Part shown: positions 12,901 to 24,861 of the stretch, one piece after another
Position numbering within the stretch: the first letter of the stretch is position 1
Layout: every line of letters begins with the position of its first letter
NCBI GenBank assembly: GCA_010093995.1
Contig: ML992509.1
Location: forward strand, 728,178 to 792,177
Length of the DNA stretch: 64,000 nucleotides
Direction of reading: 5' to 3'
From: Elsinoe ampelina
Lineage: Eukaryota
Made by a program: the position numbers and the translations under genes
The notes under the pieces: model-generated
What the model saw: the letters and a program-made list of their open reading frames with translations, nothing else
What the model was told of the DNA's origin: nothing
Database searches by the model: none

Positions 12901-14660
12901 ACTCAGTAGTGAGCTCACCGTTCTGCAGGTCGCCTGTCTTTGCGTTGAGAAAAACCCTGGTAATGATTCGATTCATACCAGTCGATCCGCTCTGCTTGGT
13001 CAATCGCCGATCCAGGATGAATAAGATTAGTGCAGACTTCAGCTGCATGAAGTCGTACTCTGATGGGTCAATGTCCAGTTGCCCACCCAGCTGATGTAAC
13101 GAATATCGGGCAACGTCCTGCTCAAAGACCTTGTCTGACGCCAGCTTTTGTCGGAAACGATACTCATTGTTTCCTGCCAATTTCTTCATGAACATGTCGC
13201 TCATGAAGCCAGCAATTCCAACGACAGCCCACAAGTCTGATGGTTCCTTTGGAATGATATTGACGCCGCAGTACTGGCTAGCGAGCGCCTGCATCAGCGT
13301 CCGTGTGTGGGAGTCGAGTGTATCGATAATGCTCTCAGGGAAAAGTAGTCGAGTGCTACAGATCGACAGGCCCGCTGTGTCTGCAACATCCCGCACAAGA
13401 TCGTCCACAAAGCACAACTTGTAGTTGGGAAAGGGGAAAGATCCGTAGGTAACAGTGAAATAGTCGATGGCTTTGGACATTGGAAGGCAGGTATTTCGTA
13501 ATTCGTCCGCTCGTCCAGGTAGGCAGTGTCCTAGTACCTTGACAGCATTCTGACCAAGCTTGTCGTCCTCATCTGCGTGTCGGAACTCGGCCGAAAGATC
13601 GATCTGCTCGAATGGGCCAATGGCGAATCCGATATGGCGAGCGGCTACAGGGACTGCGCACGCAAAAGAGACCGTCCGCCTTGATGTATCCACCGCGTCC
13701 ATGACCTGGTATCATGTCAGTAAACTTCGATACAGGAATCACATAGTTGCGACTCACATCATCAGTCATTTCGCCCGAGCAGACGATGTTGAGATCTAAC
13801 GCCTTCTCATCTTCGCTCAGGACGATAGAATATTCGTCTGACTTTTTCGCCGCCGCATCAACACCATTGACCATGGGCTCATCCTCTTTGCCTCCGCCCT
13901 GAATTGCCGGCACCTCTGGCGCAGCCCTCTCTTTTCGGAAAGCATCCCCGAGCGTTTTCGGACACGTTATCGATAGCTCCCACATATACCGACTATTCAC
14001 GTCGTCCACGCATGGGAAGATGGATGAGACCGCGCCAGGAGAGATGCTGTTCGTCGTGTATACGTGCGGAAACCTTCCATCCCCATCGCCGGTCCCTACC
14101 CAATGTAGACCATCTCGGAAACTTTCCACCCGAAATTCCAGGTAGATCTTCATCGGCGCAAACTTCGGTCCTTGGTCTAGTTCTGCCTGCAGCGTGGGTG
14201 TATCCAGCGGTCCCATGGTATCGCTCTCCTTACGCTTCAGACTTGGCCGCGGCGCCGAATATCCCCCATCATTATCAAGCTCCTTCACAGCGACCTTGGG
14301 TGGAAGTCCAAGCTTGAGTTCTGGCTCTGGCTTATCTCCAACATGTGCGGCGATCTTGCTCTTCAGGTAATCGTGCTGATGTATGCTTGAGGCTCCTTTC
14401 CGAATCCTGAGCTTGTCGTACGGATCATGGTGAGTGACTATCGCTGGCTTTCCTTCGATCGTTGCGCGCGATATCCGACATTGTCGCGCATTGAAGCGGA
14501 AAGCTTTGAGATCCTTGACCAGTGGCTGTGCCACTATCTGTGTCGATCCGGTGATTGTCTGCTTTAAGAAATCCACTTCGAGGTCGACCCGTTGCTGGAT
14601 GACTGTGAAGTCGGATCCAGATGATACCTCCACACCGGCGCCATCCTCGAGACTAGGCAT
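9944..14660 (-). CDS. TAF2: TFIID subunit 2 (aminopeptidase-like fold)
   Basis: Motifs GPMTIRIHEADGTPYEH, WIRMDADFEW and QLQQDRDVVAQ. Intron 13757-13706 joins the two ORFs. Confidence 0.95.
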
Positions 14661-15122
14661 GGCGCCTGTCGCGCGCACAATGTGGGGATCGCGATGACCG
14701 TGTGACCATCGCCTTGCGGTTTATTCGAGCATCAAATCCTTGTCGCAGTATGATCCTGACCAGAAGGCAAGTCAGGCGTCAGTCTCGGATGACGACTGTC
14801 GTGGTGAATCGCACGGTCCTGATGGCGGGATTGTAGGAAGACCTGTAGGAATGAGGAAGAGTAGCGATCGGGGCAGCGGCAGGAATTCGAGTGAGCTTTC
14901 TTTTGTCGTGACTTCTCGGACTACTGCGCTGGTGAAGTTGCAGCGTGAAGTTGGGTCTCGCGGCCGCAAAGCTGCATGACTCGCAAACAATCTCAAAGCT
15001 GGGGCAGAATTCACCTCAGTCGAGGCACGGCACAGAACGAGACATGTGAAGATGGATGTCATCCAGAATGTCAAGTAGTGATCTATTCGGGTATCATCGG
15101 TTATTAATCATGTCATGAGAAT

Positions 15123-16633
15123 CTAACGAGTCTTTGAAGCCCCGTCAATAAGGCTCTCTCGCTTCATCCGCCGTCGTCTCCTGGCACTCTCCTTGAGATT
15201 CTCTGGCGAGATAAAGTCTGGAGGAAGCTCAAATTCCACCTCATCTCCCTCGGGAATTGGATGCCCGAATGCAAGGATGGTCCGTCCGTGCCTGGCCTTG
15301 CCAAGTGCTGCTGTCCTCAGGTGCGGCTTGTCGAAGAAGCTTAGGAAGGGACCTTGAGGCGTTGGTGGCCTATAGACAATATGAATGGCAGGTGGTCGAG
15401 CTTTCTGCTTCGTCTTTGGCTTGACACTGCCGGAAGCCTCGAGTTGTAATTGTCGTGCAGCCGAGGCGTCGATCTCGCTAGAAGATGGTTCCCGACTTGC
15501 TCTGTCAGAATCATCCTCCGCTTCGTCTCCCTCGTCCTCCGTGCGGTTCGCTGCTGCGTCCTTCTCGGACTTCAACCGCTTCTCCTCTTCTCTCCATTGT
15601 TTGAACTTTCGAACAAGGGCTTGTACTTCCGAAATGAAGTACTCTCTCTTCGGTTGATACTTTTGTGCTTCTGTATCTGTGACGCCAGTGATACCCATAA
15701 CACGCAGCCAGTCATGTCCCTGTAGGCCGTCCAGCAACCGCTCTAGCTGTACCTTTTCGTGCATCGCTCGTTCTCTTTCAATGTTACGAAGCTGTTTCTC
15801 TTTACGCTCAGCTCGTTTGTGTGCCTTCAGAAACACCGCATCTGCAAGCGGATCTTGCGGGTGGTGAAGGACGCTCTTTTCAATTATTGAGAAGTCGACG
15901 ATTTGTGATCCATTGTATGCAAGGGCAGGAGATGCTTGTATGGAGGCAACCGATGATCTCCGGCGTTGTGTGTCCGTGGCATTAGTTGAAGTCCCGTTTG
16001 TCACATCGTGCCTGGACCTGCCAGTCGCACCCTTTCCAGCTCCATCTTTTATTATCAGCACCGTGTCCGCCGTGAGGAATTCTGCAAAGAGTAAGCACGT
16101 GAGGTCGTATGTATTACGTGTCCGACCTTACCAGGCTCTTTCGGAACGTCATTAATGACATCCTCATAGTCCGGGAAGTACAGGGCCAATTCGCTCTTTA
16201 GTCGTCCTCCATCATCGTGTGACCGTAGTGTTCTTTTGTCCTCGCTCTTGACCTCTGCTTCATGCACTCGTTTCTGGTAAGCATCATAAACACTCAATGC
16301 AGGCTGCTCTTGCTCGCTTTGCTCGTCGCTGGAGGATGCGGTAAAGTACCTTTCTATGGTGTTTACACGCTGTAAAGGAAGTGGTAGTGACGCTTTCGCG
16401 GCGGAGGGTCTTGGCGTCGAGCTGCGGCTCTTCGGTGTCGGTCGCGTGGTGGGTGAGGTTGTCGAGATCTTGCTCGCCAATTTGCGTCTCTTCGGGGCTC
16501 GATCATCATTCTGATGAGGTACCCTGCGCGTCGAGGTACTGTGCAACAATGACCTGTCGTCCGAGGTCGAGGGCGTGGGGTGTTCGGAGTCAAAGTCAGG
16601 CCTTGATCGCTTCGCGGGCTGAAGGGAAAGCAT
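15123..16633 (-). CDS. SAS4: SAS complex subunit Sas4-like protein
   Basis: DPLADAVFLKAHKRAERKEKQLRNIERERAMHEKVQLERLL..HDWLRVMG block. Intron 16131-16082. The start codon is uncertain. Confidence 0.8.
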
Positions 16634-17250
16634 CCCAGCGAAGATCGAAGACCATGGCTCACTTTCGTGTGCCCTTGCAAATATGCTGATCGTCATTAAT
16701 GCTGTGTCATGCTGAACCTGCTGATGAGAGCGTCTGCCACCTCTACGAGCTGTGTGTCCGACTTTGAAAACCTCGATGAACCGTGACCGAGACGAGACAG
16801 ATTCCCCTTTCTGGGGATGGGCGTTCGTTCCACTCTTGTTTACCGCGAACAGACGCCAGTGCGTCATACGCTGATCCAGAGCCCCAATTTTAGGTACATT
16901 TGTCCTGTGCACTTCCTGCAATTGTTCAACCTTGATGCTCGTACGTTCACATGTGCAGGCATGGTCTTTCTCGGAACCATTCCTCGTTGGCTTGGAAGAG
17001 GGAGCTCTGCCTGCGAAGCACGGTCACCATAAGCACACCCACGCACATGACAGAATGACGAAGTACAAGTTGATACGATGGACTCCATTCGCTTGCTGAA
17101 CTCCTCGATTACCGCCCTGAAATCGAGCAACTGACTCTAGAATACACTTTACTTTGAGGACTTAAGAAACGCTCGCTTGCTCGCTATGCCGAAAATGCTG
17201 GAATGCTGGAATGCTTGAATGAGAGGGAGGGTCGTAAGGATAGATCGTGT

Positions 17251-17896
17251 CTAGAGGAGAAGAGCGAGGCCACCAACAATGCCAGAAGCAACGATGACAA
17301 AGCCGAACTTGTTGCCAATAGAGGCGACTTGTGCTGTATATTTGGCGGACGCAATGCTAGAAGACGAGGCCGAGCCAAAAGCACCGAATGTTTGAGTAGC
17401 TCCTCCTGATCCAGTGGTGGAGCCAGTGGCCGCCATGGTTGAGGCAGTGGTCGAGTTGACCCTGGTAGGGTTCCTAGCTCCGCAAGGGTGCTTGGTACGG
17501 CAATCGTCTGCACATGAGCTGGATCCAGCGCATGCAGTCACGCATTGGTTGCCCCATTCGGTGCAAACAAAGTACGGGAGAGTCTGAGAGTACTCGGAGG
17601 CATTTGGGCTGATTCCTGTGGAGCAGACACACTCATATGAGAGGTTGCTAGAATCACAGTCGTTGGCAATGGCACCAGTTGATCCGTTGTATTGCAAGCA
17701 GATCAAAGGGCATTGGGTGATCTGAGAATCACACCAGTATTCTACCACTCGTGTCAGAAAATGTATCCAACTCTTTGTACCCATCCATCCACTTACGTCT
17801 CAACGATTGTGGGACCGAGTTAGGGTTGATGCTGTACTGGGCGGAGACTAGTCCGGAGAAAGCACCTAGGGCAAGGAGGCTGGCGGAGAACTGCAT
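17251..17896 (-). CDS. Secreted Cys-rich, probably GPI-anchored cell-surface protein
   Basis: Signal peptide MQFSASLLALGAFSGLVSA. Intron 17796-17742. Cys-rich domain, Ser/Thr linker and hydrophobic C-terminus. Confidence 0.85.
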
Positions 17897-18732
17897 GATG
17901 GACTTGATCGAGTGGGTATCCTGGTGGGTGCGGTGGGAAGAAAAATGGGTTCTGGGTTATGCAGAGAAGCTAACATGGAAGTCAGCTTTGCTTTGTATGT
18001 CAACATTCCAACCGCCGTTGAGACTGACCTGAGGTGAACGGTGAGGATTAAAGTCGGATAGTGACAACTTTGTCTCGTATTTGAGACGAGCAAGAAACGA
18101 AGGGATGATTCGAGAAAGTAACAATGACGCCTCGTTGGTCGAGATGCAGATGGCAAGGGATCTTTAGCTATCGAGGAAGAGCACCGTGATCTGTGAGGGA
18201 CTTTTGTGCTTTAAAGCTGCTGCAAGACGCATGCAAAGATTACGGAGGGCCAGTGCACTCCCGGCTGGCTAGCCACATCTCAACTGCTCTGCTCGTGCCG
18301 GCGCTCGAGCTTTCTGCATCAGATGCATGATCAACTCTCGAAGAACGGTAGCTTACCACTAGTCGACTGCGCAAGTCAGCACAAGCTTCATGGTCTACCA
18401 TACCGTGGGGCCATTTGATTTGATGGTGTCTGTGGAGAGCCGCATGGTATGGCCCAGAAATCCAAAGGTTTCGGCTCCAAAGCTGTGAACCCTGCCCGTG
18501 TTGTCGACCCATCAGGCCTAGCGTACGAGATTGACTTTCTGGGCTGCAGCCAGCCGGGAGGCGATCACCGTCCTTCTGCATATTACGAGACTCAACCCAC
18601 TCCGACCTCCTTCCGTTTCTACGTTGGCCATACGCATTCTACCCCGCTCGCTCGTTGAGCTTCAGATATTCACTAGGTCTCGACGGACATCGAAGCGGCA
18701 TTCGAACGATACCAGACACACCCTACCCATGG

Positions 18733-19437
18733 ATGGAGGCAGAAGGTGACAGATCTGTCGCCGCCACTGCCGAGCCTGCAGCAGCTCGAGACAACGAAAC
18801 CGCTCCTCTGCACTCCCCTCCCTTCTGGAACCGTCATGGCCGGAGTGTATCCGAAGCTAGCTCCATCCTAAAGCCCGCGGCCATATCCTTAGAAGACCAC
18901 ACGGACGAAGATGATCATTCAGGCTGCTGGGCCAAACACGTATCCATCGATGATTATGTCGTTATCAGCGGCAGCACTGGCATAGGAGCATATGTCGTGT
19001 GGAGCTGCACTGTCGACACTCTTAAGGGAGCTTCCTTCACTATCAGAAAGAGGTAAGGTTGTGGGGACGAGCTGTGTCGTGAAGTCAATCTAAACATGGC
19101 TCAGGTTTTCCGAGTTTGACAAGCTTCGTACAGACCTCGTACGAGCGTTTCCCCACGCAGAAGCATCCATCCCGCCGCTCCCGAGGAAGAGCGTGATCTG
19201 TATGATGATTAGCCATCCGCTTTGCTCCAAGGACGAGATACTGATTTTCTGCTCAGCACGGTTTAGACCCAAATTTCTTGACGCTCGGAAGGCTGGGTTA
19301 TCGCATTTTCTCAAGTAGGTTTCTCCACTCCATCTACACCAAACACATGGCTGACTCGCCGGCGCTCCAACAGCTGCATCCTCCTCAACCCTGAATTTGC
19401 CGGCTCACCCATCTTGAGAGATTTTATATTTTCATGA
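18733..19437 (+). CDS. YPT35: Small PX-domain protein (Ypt35-like)
   Basis: YVVWSC..IRKRFSEFDKLR..IPPLP.K..RFRPKFLDARKAGL..CILLNPEFAGSP, assembled across three short GT-AG introns (~19053-19105, ~19200-19257, ~19316-19373). Confidence 0.8.
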
Positions 19438-19825
19438 CGATCGCAATAGCATAGCGTTAGATCAGGCTGTACAGCTTTACTTCTTCTACACTTGCAACAA
19501 CCGAAATTACCTCGTTGATGTCTTGTTTCTGTGACCTTTGGATCTATCAAGCTGAAGCTGTGCACGGCCCAAGTTGGATTTATTCCTGTGCCACTGAAGA
19601 GATGCCTGGTTCACAGCACAACCCACTTCAGCTGAACCACGTTCCCTTCTTCAACGCGAGCTCTTTGACACTCGCTTCCCATCGTGGCCACCATACAACA
19701 GGTTTGTAATTCCTCTTCTCAATTGATGAAACCCATCCCCGCACACTTTACTCTGAAGCGCAACCAAGACTGTTCAAGAAGGGGTCGAGAGCCAGAAAAA
19801 CAGGTTGAATAGCAGGAACATCAGC

Positions 19826-21421
19826 ATGTCAGGCCTGGATCACGTCCCTCATGTCGTGTATCGGTATAATGACAGTCGTGCCGAGATGACGCAGTATGCC
19901 TCCGGGAGCTGGCTACACCGTAACGACATTCAAATGCAAGCTCGCAGGATACCGTACAACATGAGTGCATTGAGAGAGAAGATCATCACACTTGACGGTG
20001 GCGGCAGCACGATAAACCGTACCATCATGAAAGAAGGTTTGAGCAACAAGGGTTTTCTATTCATCCTCGCCAACGGACATCAATACTTCGCTCGCATGCC
20101 ATTCTCCACGGCTGGTCCTGTCTCGCTCACGACTCAATCAGAGGTTGCCACCATGGCCTACTGTAAGTTCACATCAGACACGCGAATTGCAAGAGTAAAT
20201 CTGACTCAATCAGTGAAGCAACACACGAACATTCCACTGCCAAAAGTTCTTGATTGGAGCGCCGACTCGAACAATCCGATCGGCGCAGAATACATCATCT
20301 CGGAGAAAATGCCAGGGGTCTCACTGTACTCCATGTGGGAAAGTATGAGCGTCGCACAGCATCTCCGAGTGGTGCAAAAAGTCGCACAGATCTGCAAACA
20401 GACTTACGATCTATCATTCCCAGGATATGGTAGCATCTTTCCAAGCGATTGCTCGCTCAACGATGACGAGAAGATTGATCTGGGCAACGGATACTGCTTA
20501 GGACCTAATGTCGGCAGAGATTGGTGGAACTCTGATGCAGGTGAAGCCGAGCTCTTCCAAAACATCGGTTTTGACCACGGCCCATGGAAGGACATGCAAG
20601 CATTCCAAGATGCTTACTTTGCTTCTGCCTTCTCACGGCTGCCTCCACTCGAACACGACTGCTCCAAGCAACCGTCATTCCAAGGAACGGTCTCGGAGCA
20701 CTACGAATTGATCGGGCAGATTCAAGCGCTTTTCAACGACTTCCACCGCTTTCCAGAAGATATGCGGAGACCAACACTGCTTCACCCAAACCTCCGACTG
20801 AAGCAAATCCTGGTCTCCGAATCCAACCCAACCGAGATCACTGGAGTCATTGACTGGCAATCAGCTGCCGTCGAGCCTGCAGTGATATATGCTATGACCT
20901 TGCGTCCAGAATTACAAATGAGGCCAACAGAAAGTGTCATGGCCAATCCACCTGAAGTGGTCGACGACATGCTCGCCACCTGCAATGCCTTTGATGCTCA
21001 CCTGCGGCAAGATATGCCTGCCATATCCGAAGCGCGGACCGCGTTTGAGAACATCCCACAGCTATTCTACTGGTCAAGGCTCACTTGGAGAAGAGGGGTG
21101 GCTGAAGTCAGAGAAGACCTCTTGAGCCTGATCAGACTCGTCGGCACACGGAAACCAGAAATACACGCCTACTCCCCAGCTCCTGACGAGATAGCCTTGC
21201 ACGCAAAGGAGATGGAAGATTTCAATCTTTCTCTTGGTGTGAGGAACAAAGTCATAGCGGGAACGATGTGTAGTCCCGAGGGACATGTTCGGCGTCCATG
21301 GTGGGAATTGTCTTTGGGAAAATACAGAGAGCTGTTCGGCTTTTGGATGCAAATGGCATGTGGACAACAGGGAATGTCGAGGGAGAAAGCGGAGCAGCTC
21401 TGGCTGTTCGATGCCAGATGA
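19826..21421 (+). CDS. APH/choline-kinase-like phosphotransferase-fold protein with a degenerate catalytic loop
   Basis: Motifs EGLSNK, SEVATMAYL, PKVLDW, IGAEYII.EK.PGVSL, YGSI, GPW, IDWQ. Probable in-frame 51-nt intron at 20163-20213. Confidence 0.8.
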   Translation: MSGLDHVPHVVYRYNDSRAEMTQYASGSWLHRNDIQMQARRIPYNMSALREKIITLDGGGSTINRTIMKEGLSNKGFLFILANGHQYFARMPFSTAGPVSLTTQSEVATMAYCKFTSDTRIARVNLTQSVKQHTNIPLPKVLDWSADSNNPIGAEYIISEKMPGVSLYSMWESMSVAQHLRVVQKVAQICKQTYDLSFPGYGSIFPSDCSLNDDEKIDLGNGYCLGPNVGRDWWNSDAGEAELFQNIGFDHGPWKDMQAFQDAYFASAFSRLPPLEHDCSKQPSFQGTVSEHYELIGQIQALFNDFHRFPEDMRRPTLLHPNLRLKQILVSESNPTEITGVIDWQSAAVEPAVIYAMTLRPELQMRPTESVMANPPEVVDDMLATCNAFDAHLRQDMPAISEARTAFENIPQLFYWSRLTWRRGVAEVREDLLSLIRLVGTRKPEIHAYSPAPDEIALHAKEMEDFNLSLGVRNKVIAGTMCSPEGHVRRPWWELSLGKYRELFGFWMQMACGQQGMSREKAEQLWLFDAR

Positions 21422-22074
21422 CCACCGATGTTTTCAGATCAGCGATCTGCTCTCTATGCTGCCCGAAAATCAGGAGTGGGCATCGCTCTCGGCGGCGCTC
21501 CGAGAGGCTCTCAACTCTTGACAGACCAAGGACTGGGATTCGCCATATCTAGTAGCAGCGAAAATCCGGCGAATCTACGAAGCGCGAACGTATATCTCCA
21601 ACCACCGACTGGATGAACGACGACTTCGTTGTTACCCTTGCCAGTTCAGGAGCTTCACGATGGATTGAAGGAGGGGGTCGAGATTGTGATATGAGCAGTC
21701 AAACACCCAGGAGTGGCACACGTCCAATACCAGCGGTTGTGGGATGAAGGAAAGGGAGATACAGCAAGAGACAGCGGGCACATATCGTAAAGCAAAAATG
21801 CTAGAATCCTTTCCGAGACCGCGCATCTCGGGTCCAGCAGTTGTGCTTGAGTGAGTATCGGATGACGTCATGGTCGAGACGATGGGATGCATCTCGCACG
21901 ACCACACGAGGCGAAGATCACCCCACCTCGCGATCTTGATGTTTTGGACGCGTCCAAACTCGTGTTACAACACTGTGTACCTTGCGTGACTGGACCATCT
22001 GTAAGCCTGCCACATTGATATATCGTGATCGATCTGGAGGTATACAGAACTCCACGGTGACTGCATCCGACATC

Positions 22075-23019
22075 ATGAACGACTACGAGCTTCGGCGCCA
22101 GGAGAAGATCAAGCAAAACCAAGCCCTTCTCAACACCCTAGGCATAGAGAAAAAGGAAGCATCCAAACCCTCTCGACCTCCTCCGAAGAAACGCAAATTC
22201 ATCACCACCATCCCCACCGCACCCACTCGCTCCTCCGCCCGTATCGCCACAGCCCCAAAGCCCAGCTACAACGACCCCTCGGACCCCTCGGGCCCTCCCC
22301 AAAAACGCACCAAATCAACAACAAGAACAACCACCTCTACCCTCCCCACTCCCTCCCCACCCCCTCCCACTGCCAAACTCGACATCACCACCCTCACCCC
22401 CAACTGGTACACCTGGACCCCCTCCGCGCCCCCACCCACACGCTCCCCCTCGGGCACCTTCCACTTCCCCACCCACCCCCGCTTCACGCCCAACAAATCC
22501 CCCCTCGAGATCCTCACCGAAGGCGCCTTCGGCGGCACCTACTACCACCCGTTGTACTCCCGCACCCTGGGCACCACCATCTCCGACGACTGGGAACACC
22601 TCCCCGCCGACTGGCTGGCCCAACTCAACGTCCCCACACAGCTCACCTCCGAGACGTACGATCCGGAAGTCAACAAATTCGGCGTCAAGTGCGGGCAGTC
22701 GATCGAGGAGTGGGAGGCGAGTGGGTGGATCAATGCCGAGTGGGACGTGAGGGGGTGGTTCCAGTGGTATGAGCGGTTTTTCCGCGGGAGGCGAGGGGAG
22801 GATGACGAGAGGCAGGTGGGGAGGTGGGAGAGGTGTTGTGGGGAGAGGGGGAGGTGGAGGCGGGCGTTGGTGAAGGGGTACCTGCGGAAGGGGATTAGGG
22901 ATGTGGCGGACGAGGGGGGAGAGGAGGAGGTGAGTCCCGTGCTGTGTCAGACTGCGCATCATTGGGCTTGGGAGATGAGGCAGGAGGAGTTGGATAGGGT
23001 GTGGGCTGAGGGGTTGTAG
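22075..23019 (+). CDS. Uncharacterised protein with a Trp-rich GAFGGTY / GWFQWY domain
   Basis: Intronless ORF. N-terminal YELRRQEKIKQNQALL helix and basic NLS-like PPKKRK. C-terminal domain FTPNKSP..GAFGGTYY..NKFGVKCGQS.EEW..GWFQWY..DDERQV.RW. Confidence 0.8.
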   Translation: MNDYELRRQEKIKQNQALLNTLGIEKKEASKPSRPPPKKRKFITTIPTAPTRSSARIATAPKPSYNDPSDPSGPPQKRTKSTTRTTTSTLPTPSPPPPTAKLDITTLTPNWYTWTPSAPPPTRSPSGTFHFPTHPRFTPNKSPLEILTEGAFGGTYYHPLYSRTLGTTISDDWEHLPADWLAQLNVPTQLTSETYDPEVNKFGVKCGQSIEEWEASGWINAEWDVRGWFQWYERFFRGRRGEDDERQVGRWERCCGERGRWRRALVKGYLRKGIRDVADEGGEEEVSPVLCQTAHHWAWEMRQEELDRVWAEGL

Positions 23020-23138
23020 GGGATGTAGGGTGTGTGTAGTGTACATCTTTCATGGCGCGAGAACTATTTACGATACCCGTGGCGCTCACGAGCTTCATGC
23101 AATGCAATACAAGACATCCACCAGTCTTTGTCTAAAGT

Positions 23139-24614
23139 CTAGCGATCGACTTCTCCAAAAACTAGGTCCATCGTTCCGATAATGGCCACAGCATCTGCCA
23201 ACAAGTGTCCTCGTGAGATCTGGTCGAAGCAGCTCAAGTGAGCAAATCCTGGTGCTCGAATCTTGCACCTATATGGCCTCTCGCTGCCATCACTGACGAC
23301 GTATACCCCCATCTCACCCTTGGGCGCCTCGATGGCGCTGTAGGTCTCCCCAGGGGGTACGGCGTAACCTTTGCTGTAGAGCAGGAAGTGATGAATGAGT
23401 GCCTCCATGTTCTCCTTCATGGCAGCCCTTGGTGGTGGGGCGATCTTGTAGTCCTCGACCTTGATGGGACCAGCCGGCATCTTGTTCAAGCACTGGTGGA
23501 TGATGCGGAGAGACTGTCTGAATTCCTCCATACGGCAGAGATATCGATCGTAGCAGTCACCGTTGACGCCAACAGGTACGTCAAACTCGACCTGGTCGTA
23601 GGCATCGTATGGCTGCGACTTGCGCACGTCCCATGGGATGCCGGAACCTCGAAGCATGACACCGGAGAAAGAGTAGTTGAGAGCGTCTGCTGCGGAGACA
23701 ACACCGACGCCCTTGGTTCGGCCAATCCAGATACGATTGTCAGTGAGCAGCTCCTCGGTCTCGTCTATCCGGTCGCCGAATTGTGTGGCCCACTGGTAGA
23801 TATCATCAAGCAGCCCGACGGGGAGATCCTGTGATACACCACCTGGTCGGACGTATGCAGCGTGGAGACGAGCTCCAGAGACACGCTCGTAGAATTCCTG
23901 CAAAGCGGGTTAGCATAGATGAAAGTACCAGACGATAAATGAGCTTACCATCAGCTTCTCACGCTCCTCGAAACCCCAAAGGAAAGGTGTCAAAGCACCA
24001 ACATCCATGGCGTGACTGAGAATCGACATCAAGTGGTTGAGGATTCTGGTTATTTCTCCGAACATCGTCCTGATCCACTTTGCTCTTTCTGGCACCTCAA
24101 TGTTGAGGAGCTTCTCGACCGCCAAACTGAAACATTGCTCGTTCGTCATCATCGAAACATAGTCCAGACGATCGAAGTATGGTAGGGCTTGTAGGTATGT
24201 CTTGTACTCGATAAGCTTCTCCGTACCTCTGTGTAAAAGACCGACATGAGGATCTGCTCGGATAATTTCCTCGCCGTTGAGCTCGAGAATCAGACGAAGC
24301 ACACCGTGTGCTGCAGGATGTTGAGGTCCGAAGTTGACAGTGTAGTGGCGGATCTTCCTCTGGTTCGGATCCTCCGTGTCTTCACCTGGCACATTGTATC
24401 GCTGTGTATCAAGCGCATTGGCGGGGTTCTCGAAATTGGGGTCGACCGGGATCAATCGTGTGGCGTTGTGATTCTCGACTGGTGCTGCATGGTGGCGAGC
24501 CAGGGAGGTTGAGAGGGGACGAGCAGCGCCGAGAGATCCAGCGCGCACATACGAGTTGCGCAGGCATGCTCTTCGTGAGGCCTGTGTAGCCAGACGCGCG
24601 AAAGGAGCCGCCAT
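23139..24614 (-). CDS. NDUFS2: NADH:ubiquinone oxidoreductase 49 kDa subunit
   Basis: Motifs [24 protein letters not shown] and C-terminal VFGEVDR. Intron 23948-23898. Confidence 0.97.
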
Positions 24615-24861
24615 GGTGAGTGGAGATGTGTTGCTGACGAGCTGATTGTCGACGGTGACTTTTTGGACGTCGTAGCTAAATCGTCGGCGTCACAGTGATA
24701 TAGTGCACCGTGATAGGTCGCAGCTTCCCGTTGTCAGATCGCCAAGATCTCTCGTGCGGCTCATTCAGATCTGCATGCCCGCTTTCACACCGCTGTGGCA
24801 GAAAAGCGACCTGGTATGCAAAAGTTCGGGATGACATGCGACTTGACTACCACGACTAAAC

